From contig NW_025963779.1 in assembly GCF_023055435.1 (NCBI RefSeq), positions 13,764,001-13,828,000 on the forward strand: a stretch of DNA of 64,000 bases, in the 5' to 3' direction. The notes under the pieces are model-generated. The model did no database searches. It saw only the letters and a program-made list of their open reading frames with translations, and had not been told where the DNA came from. How positions within the stretch are numbered: the stretch's first letter is position 1; every line of letters begins with the position of its first letter. The stretch is from Haliotis rufescens (Eukaryota). The translations under genes were made by a program, and so were the position numbers. Below are positions 25,468-38,055 of this stretch, piece by piece.

Positions 25468-27359
25468 GGAAGGGGAACAAGGATGGAAACTGAACTCTTT
25501 AGTCAGGTAACTCCTTTGCCTCGGGAAGTTTGAACACAGATGAGTTGTTTGTTTCAGGGACGCAAGGTCGAAAATAACGCACAGGGATTAACAAATTACT
25601 GTATCTATGGCAACATACTGATCCTACATATACTGGTATTGTGCTCAGTTTAGAAATGACGAATACCACCACAACCGCGACCAAGAACATCACATTGGGG
25701 GAAACGGTTCTCCAACCTCGCTCTTTCTTCAGCTCATCAGAATCAAAGGTCACGGTGAACTCTTGTCATGGTCCGTATGTCCGTGTCACCGTTGTGCGTT
25801 GTAGTCAGTGAAAACCTCTGTAATCATCGCCCCCTTGAAGCTAAGGCTTAACATGATATTCAAACTTATGATAAGAATTTAGAAAAGGTATGAACATTAG
25901 AAGTTTACTCTTTGAAAATAATCAATAAACATTTATAAAAATTATACAAGTTGTGGGGACCAACAAGACAACGAAAATGTTAACTCACAGTTAACCGATA
26001 ATGACAAATACTGTTAAGTTTGTAGGGAACATCCTAACTAGCATTCTATTTGTGGTAGATGCCATTTTCAAAATAATGTTTATTATTTTTTTCGCACTCC
26101 TGAAATGAATATGTTCAAACTTTACACGCGGTTTTGGAAACAGAAGGATGTTGAGTTTGGAGAATAAAAGGAAACAGAAAGTTGTAGGTTATTCACACAA
26201 TTGAAAAATATCTTTGTTCATTTTCTTCTAGAATCGTCTGCCGTGAAAGAATGTGAACGATAAGACGATGTTGAGCAAAGAAAGGCAACCATTGTGGATT
26301 TCAACATCGTTATATGATACTATTGCTGTTGTAGATTGTATATGTTTGTTGCAGCTGCGTTGATTGGCTGATATTTCAAGCAGTGTAATGTATAACAACT
26401 AGGTGAGCTACAGTCCCTATGCGCCTATGAAGATACATGTCACAAGTATGTCGCACCTGTCCAAGTATGGAAAGGCGTCCACTTACATTTATTAATTCCA
26501 AGGACGGTGAATGTATGCCTGAAAGTTTAGTCCAGTAACATGACTCTAAATCCATTTCAATCATTGCATTGTTTACGTAGTCACGAATGGTCATGATTAA
26601 GCCAATGGATTTCAAAGGGAAGATATTTTCGGCGAGAGCGTAACGCAAAGCTTGCAGAGTCTCGTGTCACGCCTTGTGACTTCGAGAGCGATTCAATTAT
26701 TGTTTCATCAAAGTGAAATATTGTTGTTTTTATACTACGTGAGAAAACAATCATTGATCACAATTCGGGCAAGATAATGTTTCATGAACACAAAATACTG
26801 ATATGGTCGCTGGCCTAGGTCAATATCCGTTTCTTGGGTCCATAAAACACGTAGTTGGACCTATTAAGAATATTGCAATTCCATTTGTTAATCCGTACCA
26901 CGTGACAAAACAGTACCTTTCGATATAGACCCCCTAATCATGTGCCTGACACTGACCTCGAATATTGACTCGTCACATGATCAGTATTGACCTGTCATGT
27001 GATGAATGTTGACTCTCGTCTGCTAGAAAACAAAATGGCGTCCCGTAACATTTCACGATTCGACGTTATGTCAGAAGAAGATATTGTTGACATGCTGGAT
27101 AACAGAAACCTGCTTCGTCATGTTAGGTGCTCATGATGGTTGGGAATCCTCTTGGGGAGATTTCCATTGAATGGGAGTTTGGCGTCTGGCCTTACTCGCG
27201 AACTGGTATCCGATCCATCTTAGAAATGTGAATAAACTGTAAATAACCACTGTTTCTTGTCTGTAATTGCCTTTATAGCCAAAATCGTACAAATTATTGC
27301 TATGTTTACTCACTCATTGATATATATTTTAAATGTTTTCATTCAGTCATTTCACCATG

Positions 27360-27442
27360 TCATGAGTATGGTTTTACGCCGCTTTTAGCAATATTCCAGC
27401 AATATCACGGCGCTTTATCCACTTTGCTACACGAACGCCCCC
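27360..27442 (-). mobile_element. SINE family A, internally deleted
   Basis: Tail (GATATTGCTGGAATATTGCTAAAAGCGGCG) joined directly to a head remnant. Confidence 0.7.
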
Positions 27443-27899
27443 AGTACAATGGATGTGATTTAAGTTCACCAAATAGTGTTGTCGTTGTAGTTTGTGAGAT
27501 ATTCACCAAGTTCTTGTCTCATGTGAGATGCCCCTTAATCGCCTAAGTCTTACCCATCATCACGCTCCGGTGAATGTATACCCATAGTAATAGGTGCTTA
27601 TATAGAATACTAAACAAGGTACCGTGTAATACCAATTTTATGAAACGAGTGAATAGCTAACGACTATGCACGTGTTTCATAAAGTTGGTGTTACAAGAGG
27701 GCGAGTTGATTATTGTATTTACTACTTGCCGTTCATACATTTTAAAGTCTCATTTGTTCGATCTATGAAAACCCGTCATAAACTAGGTCAAGTGTGTGAC
27801 TACAATAGTTCACTGTCGTGGGCAAGCTGGCAGACATTGTCGCGATCCACAGCACATATCCAATTGAGTTTAACAGAATAATACAACTTCAAACACATA

Positions 27900-28071
27900 A
27901 GAGTGAGTGAGTGAGTGAGTGAGTGAGTGAGTGAGTGAGTACGCCGCTTTTAGCAATATTCCAGCAATATCACGGCGGTGGACACCAGAAATGGGTTTCA
28001 CACTTCGTACCCTTGTCGGGAATCGAACCCGGGTCTTCGGCGCTTTAACCACTAGGCTATCCGACCGCCCT
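27900..28071 (-). mobile_element. SINE family A with expanded (GAGT)n tail
   Basis: Family A sequence; flanking AAACACAT direct repeat. Confidence 0.88.
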
Positions 28072-28476
28072 AAACACATTAGAAGTTGACGAGTATTAAC
28101 TCAACAACCTACATTTAGAATTCAGGCGGCTTGTTCACGAAGCTGCCTTCGCTGAGACAAATTGCTACAATTACGAGTGCCATATGAGCTATTCTTTAAG
28201 ATGTCTTAAACCTTACTATCGTACTATTTGTCGAGAAGTAACTGTTTAAAAGATGTTCACGTACACACAGTGATGAATCTATTTCAAGATAAGTCGACAG
28301 ATTTATTACGATTTCTTTTTGTATAGTGCCTTATGCCTTCAGAGTCGATTGGGTAATATACATCACACATGACTAAAAATGAGAAAACAACTTTGAAAGA
28401 CAATATCCCGACATGATTAGGCCAAAGTACACTGTTGTTATTACTATTTATCTCTAGAAACATGCTGAATTCCTCT

Positions 28477-29020
28477 CAATCTCATTAAAATCAGATCTAA
28501 GTACTCGCTGCCGCAAAACAAAGATCTGAGGACATCCCATTATGGGTCACGTCAGAACGACCTTTCGCGAACTTTGACCGACCACTGACATGACTAATAA
28601 CAAATCGACATCATGAATACACAATGCCATTTAGAAAGTGGTCAAATGTAACTAATATTTGGGATAACACTTTCTTAGTAAAGTACAGATTCTAGTACTT
28701 TTTTTTGGAAAACTGAACAAACGAACATTCCGGAATGTCTAATATATGGTTGATATTGTATGGCAGTGCTTCCCACATACTGGGCAACGCCTCCTCCGTT
28801 TAAACGTTTATCCCACGGAAGCGTGAGATAGACGATAATTTTGACGGAATCTTCGAGGTTGCATGATTAGAAAACACATTCCGGATGTCACTTTCATGAT
28901 CTGGTAAGCGACGCTTTGATTGGTCGGATGAAAGGTCGTTCAGACGTGACCCGTAATGGGATGTCCTCAGATCTTTGTTTAGCGATAGCGAGATCTAAGA
29001 TGTGATTTTGATGAGATTTG
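28477..29020. mobile_element. TIR MITE with 8-bp TSD (CA...TG ends; hAT- or P-like)
   Basis: ~90-bp TIRs; TSD ATTCCTCT (28469-28476 and 29021-29028); one-ended relative at ~9870-10290 in SLC16 intron 4. Confidence 0.78.
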
Positions 29021-29546
29021 ATTCCTCTATGTCAATTAGCACGGAAACAGCTTTCCCATAGCTAATTCGTCTTCCACTCAGAGGACCTCGCAACAAAGGG
29101 CGGACTAAAGTGTTTCCCCTGTTTCCTCGCGTGTCATGGACAATGTGGTTAGGTTCGCCTTGGTTTCTGCATGTCCTGAATGCTTTAACAATAAAGAGAG
29201 TGCTTTTACTGCTAAGTGGTAATGAGTCCCAATTCCGCGATTCAGCTTGGTGAGCAATTTCACAATCAGTGCTGGATATTTGGTTATAATGAGGTACTGG
29301 TTCGAACGGTGAAACCACTATTACGTGTCTGATGGTTGGGTTTGCACTTCATCAGGTGCACGTGTTTATAAATTTACACCTATTATCATGTTGTACAATG
29401 TGTTTACATATAAAAAAATATCAACGCCAGAGAATATGCCCCGGTTGTCTACTGAAACAGATTCCATCGGGCGTGAAAGGCAAAAGCGATGAAAAGTAGA
29501 TGAATATATCACTCAAAACCAGTGACAGGACCAGGTGTTCGCGAAA

Positions 29547-29714
29547 GTGATTGAGTGAGTTTGGTTTTACGCCGCTTTGAGCAATATTCCGGCAATATCA
29601 CGGCGGGGGGACACCAGAAATGGGCTTCACACATTGTACCCATGTCGAGAATTGAACCCGGGTCTTCGGCGTGACGAGCGAACGCTTTTACCACTAGGCT
29701 ACCCGACCGCACCT
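29547..29714 (-). mobile_element. SINE family A
   Basis: Family A sequence; TSD TCGCGAAAG. Confidence 0.9.
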
Positions 29715-32579
29715 CGCGAAAGAGAGACAGGGGATATTTAATGTGTCAAGTGAAATATCATATTTCTCTCATCGAGTGAAGGGGGGAGAGATGATATTTT
29801 CACGAGGCACATGGAATATCATATTTATTATATACTGTTTGTGTGCCTGTCTACCGGAAAAGAAAATTATTTCATTACAAATGTAAAACCTTGAAACGTA
29901 AATTCTCCCCACCTAACACACAGGGACAATTCACCACCCCTTGCATTTGCGACTAAAAAGTAGTTTCGTATTTGCAAAATCTTAACATAAACCAAAGTAA
30001 CAAAAATTATTTAGGGTCACTAAAATTCTGTATTATACATACAATGTTTAGATATGAATATATAATAAATCAACTTAAAAAAAGCATACTTGGAAACTAC
30101 AAAGCCGCAGTTGGAAGCGAAAGTGTACATGCTTGTCAAGTAACAAAAATGGGGCTTTGCGAGACGAACAGTCTCGATTGACGAGTTAAGTGAGAAATTA
30201 ACAGTTTATAACGAACATTTTCAAGAGCATAACAAACGGCATGAAGCGATATTAACAAGATGAAGTTCATTTTCAATCTTACTCTGGTCTTAGATTTTGT
30301 GAAAGATGTAGCTTCCCTAGATCTAATTTTATATACGTAGTAGTTGAAAAGCTTGTACATAAATTTAATGTCAAGTTCTACTTTTCTTAACCCCCTCGCC
30401 GCTCTTCGATCTGAAATGCATAATTGGCATCTCAACGACTACAGGAGGTATTTACAGGTTGTTACAATTAGCAATCCCCGTCATTTGAATCGGCCAGATG
30501 TTGTATTTTTAGTAATGTATTGGGTATTGTTCGTCATACATGATGTGACACACTAATGCAATATTTTCGCCTTCGTTAACGGTACAAAAAAAACTAGAGA
30601 TGTAATGATGATTTCCCCCGATATTGTGCAGTCTTGATCAATTAGAATTGAACTAAAGGGTTTGGCAATGACACTATGGTCATGTAATTTCGTCTACCGT
30701 AAACAAACCATTTAATCGACTCAGAATTGATTAAGTATGTAACTAACTCTTCTGACAAACACTAAATGTATTTTGATATTAAAAAGTACAGAACATTGAA
30801 AACATCACAAGACTTCAAGAAGTCGGCGTGAGAGTTCTTGAGACAGATGTTGAGTTGGGGGCGTCCCGTATTTCCACAGCCCTGTAATACGGGATCTGGC
30901 GGGGGAGACTTACCGCCAGTCTATGTAACCCAACTCTCCCCTGGGTTCACGATTACTGGCACTTCTTTGTGGCTCCCGGCACACGGCACATAGGAGCCTT
31001 CCCCTACTCCATAAATGGTTATCTGTCAGTAGTTAAGGATAGCGCTTTGGCCCGTAAGTCAGCAGGAGTTATCTTCCCCTACTGGACGTGGTTCTGCGCA
31101 TGCTCGAAGAGGGACATGCTGGGTCATGCGTCACTTCCGGTTCCGGGAGGGGGAGAATGAATAACAAACACAAGGGTCGGGTCGGTTTGGAAAACCAGGG
31201 CTCAGACCAGGCACCGGAACGGACCAATCAGCGTGCAACGTTTTGGACCAATCAAAAGAGGGAACATTTCGAGCCACTCCCTGCATTCATACACCACGTC
31301 CATGTCTGTCCATGTCGGTTCACCTTTAGAATTCAGGCGTCCGTTCCACAACATGATCGTAGCGCTAAGGTGATTGCAACTCACATACTTTATCTTAGAC
31401 GGACGACTGTCATTGCGCTACATCTTGGATCGAAAACGAGGCTTGGAGAGCATAGCTCCATGCAGCGCGAGTCGCATCAGCTCATAGGGAACAGACAGCA
31501 TGTTGTGCATTTCTCTGATGGACATTTCAAACAAACAAAAAATGGTATCCTCTGTATCTAATACAGAAAATATTTCACATTTAATCATGAGGTCCAACTA
31601 AAATATGCCCGTAATACACTTGAATTAGCATTTTGCTGTCAGGATCCCGGATGTGAATCGAAAGGTGCATTTCGAGATACGTATTTCAGAAATAAATTGT
31701 TTTATCATAACCTCGTCGGCATATAGGTACAATGTGACAGTACATTCAATGACAGAGGTTTTGTATTGTAAATGAACCGCATAACATGAAATACGTCAGT
31801 GTACTTTTGCAAATTTGCTCAGTCAGTGTGTGGCTTGGCGAACTCGAGATCGTCGAACATGTTTATTTCACGTTTCATAGCGGTGTTTTGCTGCACAACG
31901 CACTATCGTTTTGCTATGAGTCCAGGTGACAAAAGACACTTTTTCTGCTATGAGTTTCATCTTAACATATTACGATGTAAATGAAATTAGTTCACAAAAT
32001 AATTCTTGTGTCAAAATAAATATTCAGAAGGGGCGATAACTCTATTCAGTGTGTACAATGACAGATGATACTTTACTTGTTCTTCAAACATCACTTACTT
32101 AACTGATTATTGCCGATTGAGATTGCACCGGGTACAACAAAAGTTATAATGTGTGAACTGTTTAAAATAAGTTAAAAGAAATCTAAAAATTGATAAATAT
32201 AAATAATGCATGAAATTAAAGAAATATAAGAATTGATACAACCACCAACTTCTTGAACACCCTCACCCAATCCTGTATGATGATAGGTAATTGTATATCA
32301 AAAGGAAGCTACTAATACATTTATCCTGAATATTTTGAAGATGTCTTGATCAGATATGAGTACAGTTAAAATAACAAAAGATAAAAAAGAATCAACTTCA
32401 ATTGGTAATCAAGCCAAGATAAAATATATGTATCGATACAAATTATGTTGATTGAACAATCTGGATTTCTTATATTTAACAAAGAATATCAAAACCGAAA
32501 TTTTCATGTCTTTATTTCTCACAATATAAGTTTTCAAAACTTAACATGGACCGGGTGTCTTTGTCGGTCAAAAGCACCT

Positions 32580-32743
32580 GGGGCGGTCGGGTAGACTGGT
32601 GGTTAAAGCGTTCGCTCGTCACGCCGAAGACCGGTGTTCGATTCCCCACAGGGGTACAATGTGTGAAGCCCATTTCCGGTGTCCCCCGCCGTGATATTGC
32701 TGGAATATTGCTAAAAGCGGCGTAAAACCATACTCACTCACTC
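32580..32743 (+). mobile_element. SINE family A (nested in the Polinton-like element)
   Basis: Family A sequence. Confidence 0.9.
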
Positions 32744-34739
32744 AAAAACCTAATTAAATTCCAGGAGAAAATAATTTTCTTGCTGGTAAACAAATGGTAC
32801 AATGTGCTTTTTGTAGTGTCTGATAAATATTGGCCATGTTGTTTTGTGAGTGAATAAGGTTTTTCACTTCCTCGTCCTATTTAAGTGAAATGTGACAGGA
32901 AGCACATTTGTTGATTGAAAAAAAATGTCTTTTCACTTCCTCGTCCTTTGACAGGACGCATATTGTAACCAGTGTATTATGACAGCAGAAAGCTCCTCCA
33001 GACATCCATCACAGGATACTAGTACTTCATTGTGTTGACTCGCTGGCCTGAAATGAATAATTCAATAATATTGTAATAATATTTCTACTTCAATAAAAAC
33101 ATTTTATAAACAATGCACATTCACCTTCTCTCAAAATAGTGCTTATGTAGAAAACAACATTCATCTCAAATAGAGAAATTTAAGGAAAGTTAATCACAGT
33201 GTGTAACATTACATGCAACTTTAGAACAATCTTGAAGGCATCAATTCATCTGATATGTCTAAAATTCAAGCAGTATATTCTGTGTAAACAGTAAACTCAA
33301 CAGATCAAACATCAATTTAATGACTGTACTACAGCTCTTTATATCAATGTCACACAGAAATGTACTCTTGTTTTAATGAAACACGTTTTGATATTTGTAT
33401 TACCGGTATGTATTTAATCATGACATACTTTGTTTAGTCTGACCATGCTGAAAACAAATACGATTTTTATTAAAATCAGGTGAAATATCACATTTTGTCA
33501 TCCCTACAGTCAGTCTGCCTCATTGACACTATGGTAAGGTGATGAAGATCACAAAGAAAATATAAGACTTGAATTTATTTTGTCAAATATAATGTTTATC
33601 TCTTCTTGTTGTTTACTAAAGTTGATATCTTGACTTGAAAATATTAACTTTGTCATATCACAAGATGAGATAAATTCATGCTATCATCGTTATTTGACAA
33701 GGAAAACAAATTTCTTCCATGTATATATATTTTTTTATATTTCTCGTTTTGAATGAATTATAAAAAGATATCACACCTCTTGACTTGATTGAAATAAACT
33801 AAAGTTCTAAAGATTGTTAACAATAGTAAAATATTACATCATAACAATATAATTATTGCAAAATGACACAGTAAGCACAACTATATTCTTACATATAAAT
33901 TGATATGATTAAAAATCAATAATACATGGCAATTGCTTACACAAAAGAAATCATTTTGTTTTTTAAAGTTTCAACATGTTTGTGGACATAAAGCCAGATG
34001 GGTTTCACAATTAAACAAAGAGGATAAATGAGTTATGATTGCAATACGCATTGGAATTAAAAATAATTCTGTTTATACTTTAAGTTTATAGTAATGTCAA
34101 TAAAAATTTATGCATTTAAAATATTTGAATACAAACTGTTAAAGAGTTATCTGTTTGTGTAAATTATATAAAGATCACATGTAGATTGAACATTTACTGG
34201 CCATTAATCAGTTGGGTTTTTGTTCATTTCATGACATAATTAATTTGGTACAGTAAAGTAAATATCATTTTGGTAGAAATATTGTTTACAAAATTGCAGA
34301 TCAAACTGTACTTTACTTCAAATACTTAAACACCTTTTATGTAATAATTCAGTTGAAATATTACACCTCATGGTATCTGATATGTCAACATTGAGAATCA
34401 AAATAACAACTTTCACAATATTGACAGCACAAGTAGATCTAGAGGTCTAATATTTTATTGGAATGCATTTGAGTCCATTACAATTTACATCAAATACGCA
34501 ACTGATGCAAAATTCTGATTTGTTACGATTGTAAATTCTCAATAGGTTACAATTTGATACATTATATCAACATATCAATTTAGTTAGTTTCTGACATATA
34601 TCTAGATATGGTCAAAAGGTCAATATTTCGACTTCAAATACAACCCGCAAATTTATTTAAACTCACAATAAATAGTTTGGCTTAATGGTGTGTAAACAAT
34701 GAATTCTTCTTTAAAAGATCTCAGTAGCATTTGTATTAA

Positions 34740-35391
34740 AGGGCAAGTTCACACGGAAATGAACCAATTTTTCTTGTACTTTTTCCACATTAAAAGTGTT
34801 AACATAGAAGTGTCATAGACAAAAATATAAAAACATCATACTTAATTAACATATTTTTTGCATTAAAACGATTTATATTTTTCACATTTACCAAGTGTTC
34901 TATTTCCATAACAAAAACACCATGAGTTATGCCCCTTGCAATATGACGTCATTGGTGCCAATTGATCAACATTATGACGTCATCATGCTTTGTTAGAGCC
35001 GCTTCACGTGGTGTAGGTACAGTTTTGTGATTCTAGCGTCTCAGATGCCAGCCAGAATTGTGTTATGCTGAGTCACTACTGCGCCGGAGTGTGTCGTAGG
35101 CCATGTTGTTTTACCGCAAACTTGTACTTGATATCTTTTGCGTTCAGAATAGACAGGGACCCAGTTGAATTGGCACCAATTACGTCATAATCTAAGGGGG
35201 ATAACTCAGGCCTGTTTAGCTCGAAAAACGAAGGCCTCATAACGGCATATCATTTTCACACTATTGTGAGCTTCCTACTTTCACTGTGAAAAAAATGAGT
35301 TTACATTTTCAAACACAGATATTAACTAATTCTAAAATTGCGTTTTGTTTAGAAAAAGAAAGAAAGTGATTTTTGCGTGTACACTTCCCCT
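34740..35391. mobile_element. Kolobok-like MITE
   Basis: TTAA TSD; TIR AGGGCAAGTTCACACG / CGTGTACACTTCCCCT. Confidence 0.7.
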
Positions 35392-36329
35392 TTAAGTCTG
35401 TTCAGCTACCATAAACTGCACTGGGAGTTACCAGGTGATCATGGATATTTTAAAATGAAATCACAACAGAACGGCCAGACTCAAATTTATATTGGTAAGG
35501 AGACCAGATAACAGTTGAATAGTTTGTCAATGATAAGAATAAGAACAATGTTCAATACTTACGATAAATGTACCGGGATGGTTAAATTGTCACAGTTTGT
35601 CCCGATTGCGTGCCTTGTTGACATCTCCATGTGTTTCATGTGCTATCCAGCCTTCACCTTCTGCTCTCCAAGCCTCGCTTTCAAACCGGAAGTAGCGAAG
35701 TGTGAAAAAAGTCTTGTGGAACGAGACCTTGCACCTCAAAGTTTACAATCAAGTCATAATACCCGATGACGTAATTTGTTGAATTTTGTTGCAAGATCCT
35801 TAGGCGATGTGACGTCAGCCAAGCAACAACGTTGCTGGGTCATCGACTGTGTAAACGCTCGTCTCAGTGATCTATCATCTCCACACGCAACCGGAAGTGA
35901 CGTCATCGTGGATGCGCACGCATGACCCAGCATGCCCTCTTCGCGCATGCGCAGAACCACTTCCGGTAGGGGGAGATAACTCCTGCTGATGCACGGGCAA
36001 AAGCACTTTCCTTAACTACTTCTGTCTTTATTTTGCCTCGTCAATGTGGAATTAACGTGAAAAGGAAGTCAACAGTTTGTGTACGAGCCAGACACCATAA
36101 AGGGAGACAATTGGAGGGGAGGTCACTCTTGTATGACAATAGTTCCGTCAAAGTGTTATGTTCACTGCGAGGAAAAAATCACTTTTTCCAACTTCGGAAA
36201 ACTCAGTCTTTCACTCAGAAGTATATGATAAATCATATAATGCCCTACAGGTACCAGTGATTGAGGACTAAATACTGAATACTGAACGTTATACTTCTAC
36301 TATTGGAAATAGCCATGGAAAATTAACTG

Positions 36330-36770
36330 GGTTTCGAAGTTGAAATTATTAATATATAAAATGGGATCTGGTTTTGTCTGTGAAGATCAGTCTATTGGCA
36401 GTATAGATTCTTTTGTTTCGGAGTTTATGGCTAGAGCACAATATATGCACCAACCTGAATGGCATGCCTCCCAATCGCTAGGCTCTAAAACGTTCTCATA
36501 CTTCTTATTTCAACCTATTTTGGGCGTTTAACCATATATTGGTGATATCACTATAAATAAGTTTCTTGTGGCTTTAGCAAGGTAAAGATGTGGCCCACAT
36601 CGTCTAAATATAGAAACCGTTAGATACGTGGGCATGCCAAGAAACCAAAGAATATGTGATATGTGTTACACAGTAGCTATGTTGAAAGTGAATACCATTA
36701 TAAATAAATGGCTGTAGCACTGTTTGCAACATGTAATGGGCCGGCGGCCTATACTTCTTGAATAAATGAT
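36330..36770 (+). mobile_element. LINE 3'-end fragment
   Basis: Similar to the 3' parts of the LINE fragments above; ends atgggccggcggcctatacttcttgaataaa. Confidence 0.45.
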
Positions 36771-37535
36771 GAGAATAAGGACTGAATACTTGTAATCACG
36801 CGTTGATAAAACTGTTTACAATGATCCATTCACATATTTTCCACCACTATTGTGCCTTTTACGCCCAATAGAATCTGTTTCGGCGGATAATGGAGACTGC
36901 TATTCCGGGGCCTTGCCGTTTTACATTGTAATTTGTTATATCAAAATATTTTTTAAGTCAACAGAAATAGACCAAAATCGACTACTCTCATGTTTGTAAT
37001 TTTTTTTAATCAAAACTGTTAATATAAGCATGCTCACACTCTACTTTGAAGCTTGTTTCATAATCAGTGATTTAGAATTCAAAGGTAACAAATCGCATAC
37101 CAGAAACATTCATATTCTCCTTCTGAATAGAATGAGAATATGTACAATGTTTCTGGTATGCGATTGGTTGCCTTTGGATTTCTAGGTCACTGATTATGAA
37201 ACAAGCTTCAAGAAGAATGAACATTCTTACCATTTTTTCATATGAGCATATCTCCATATATCACATATACGACACCTATGACATCAAAATATACCATTTA
37301 TGTAAACATCGTCCATTATTAAAGCATTCACAAAATCTAACATTCATTGTTGTTAACCAGTGTTTCCTTTGTAGGCATCAATCCAGAGAACGCCACATAT
37401 CGAGTCATTAATAATCAGAATATTGGCTTTATCCTATTTCCTTCACTTGCATCAATTCCTACATGAGCTCACTGTGTAAAGTCCATTCCTCGTAATACTC
37501 ATTCTAAATGCCAACAACTGTTCGATTATCACGTA

Positions 37536-37693
37536 CAGTCAAACACCGTTGTGTCGAACTTCAGGTTATCTTGAAGAAATAATTTGATCAATGCGTATTC
37601 CTTCTTTATTAATTATTTTCGGTTGTGTTGAACCTCGGATAACCTGAATTATTTACGTAGGTCCTTCAACTTCGACACGACGCAGTTCGACTG
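37536..37693. mobile_element. pogo/Tigger-like MITE
   Basis: TA TSD; CAGTCAAAC...GTTCGACTG inverted ends. Confidence 0.65.
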
Positions 37694-37761
37694 TACCTGA
37701 CTGTACTGACAGTTTGCGGTATGTGTCGACCAACTTTCAGATGAGATGAAAGGTTGTATTG

Positions 37762-37994
37762 TTTGTGTTTGTTGTTAAACGCCGCACTCAGCAATATTCC
37801 AGTTATATGACAGCGGTCTATAATCCAGTGATTGATATCATGAGCATCGATCCACATAATTGGGATACGATGCCATGCATCAACCAAGTCAGCGAGTCTG
37901 ACCATCTGATGCCGTTAGTCGCCTCTTACGACAAGCATAATCGCTTTTTACGGCAAGTATGGGTTGCTGAAGACTCATTCTACCACGGATCTTC
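37762..37994 (-). mobile_element. Non-tRNA SINE-like retroposon just downstream of the GPCR stop
   Basis: 12-bp TSD AAGGTTGTATTG (37750-37761 and 37995-38006); 3' tail shared with SINEs A and B (ATATAACTGGAATATTGCTGAGTGCGGCG); a decayed copy lies at ~9185-9400. Confidence 0.8.
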
Positions 37995-38055
37995 AAGGTT
38001 GTATTGAACTGACTGATATGATGATTAGACACCCTTGTGAAGCACCTTCGAAGAT

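Larger units (their letters stand above)
31028..36020. mobile_element. Non-autonomous element with Polinton/Maverick-type termini
   Basis: TIRs of >100 bp starting AGTAGTTAAGGA and ending TCCTTAACTACT; exact 6-bp TSD TCTGTC (31022-31027 and 36021-36026). Confidence 0.75.

Noticed and set aside
31088-31561. 157-aa ORF as a Polinton gene
   Set aside because: It starts within the TIR and crosses a MITE insertion, with no recognisable motifs.
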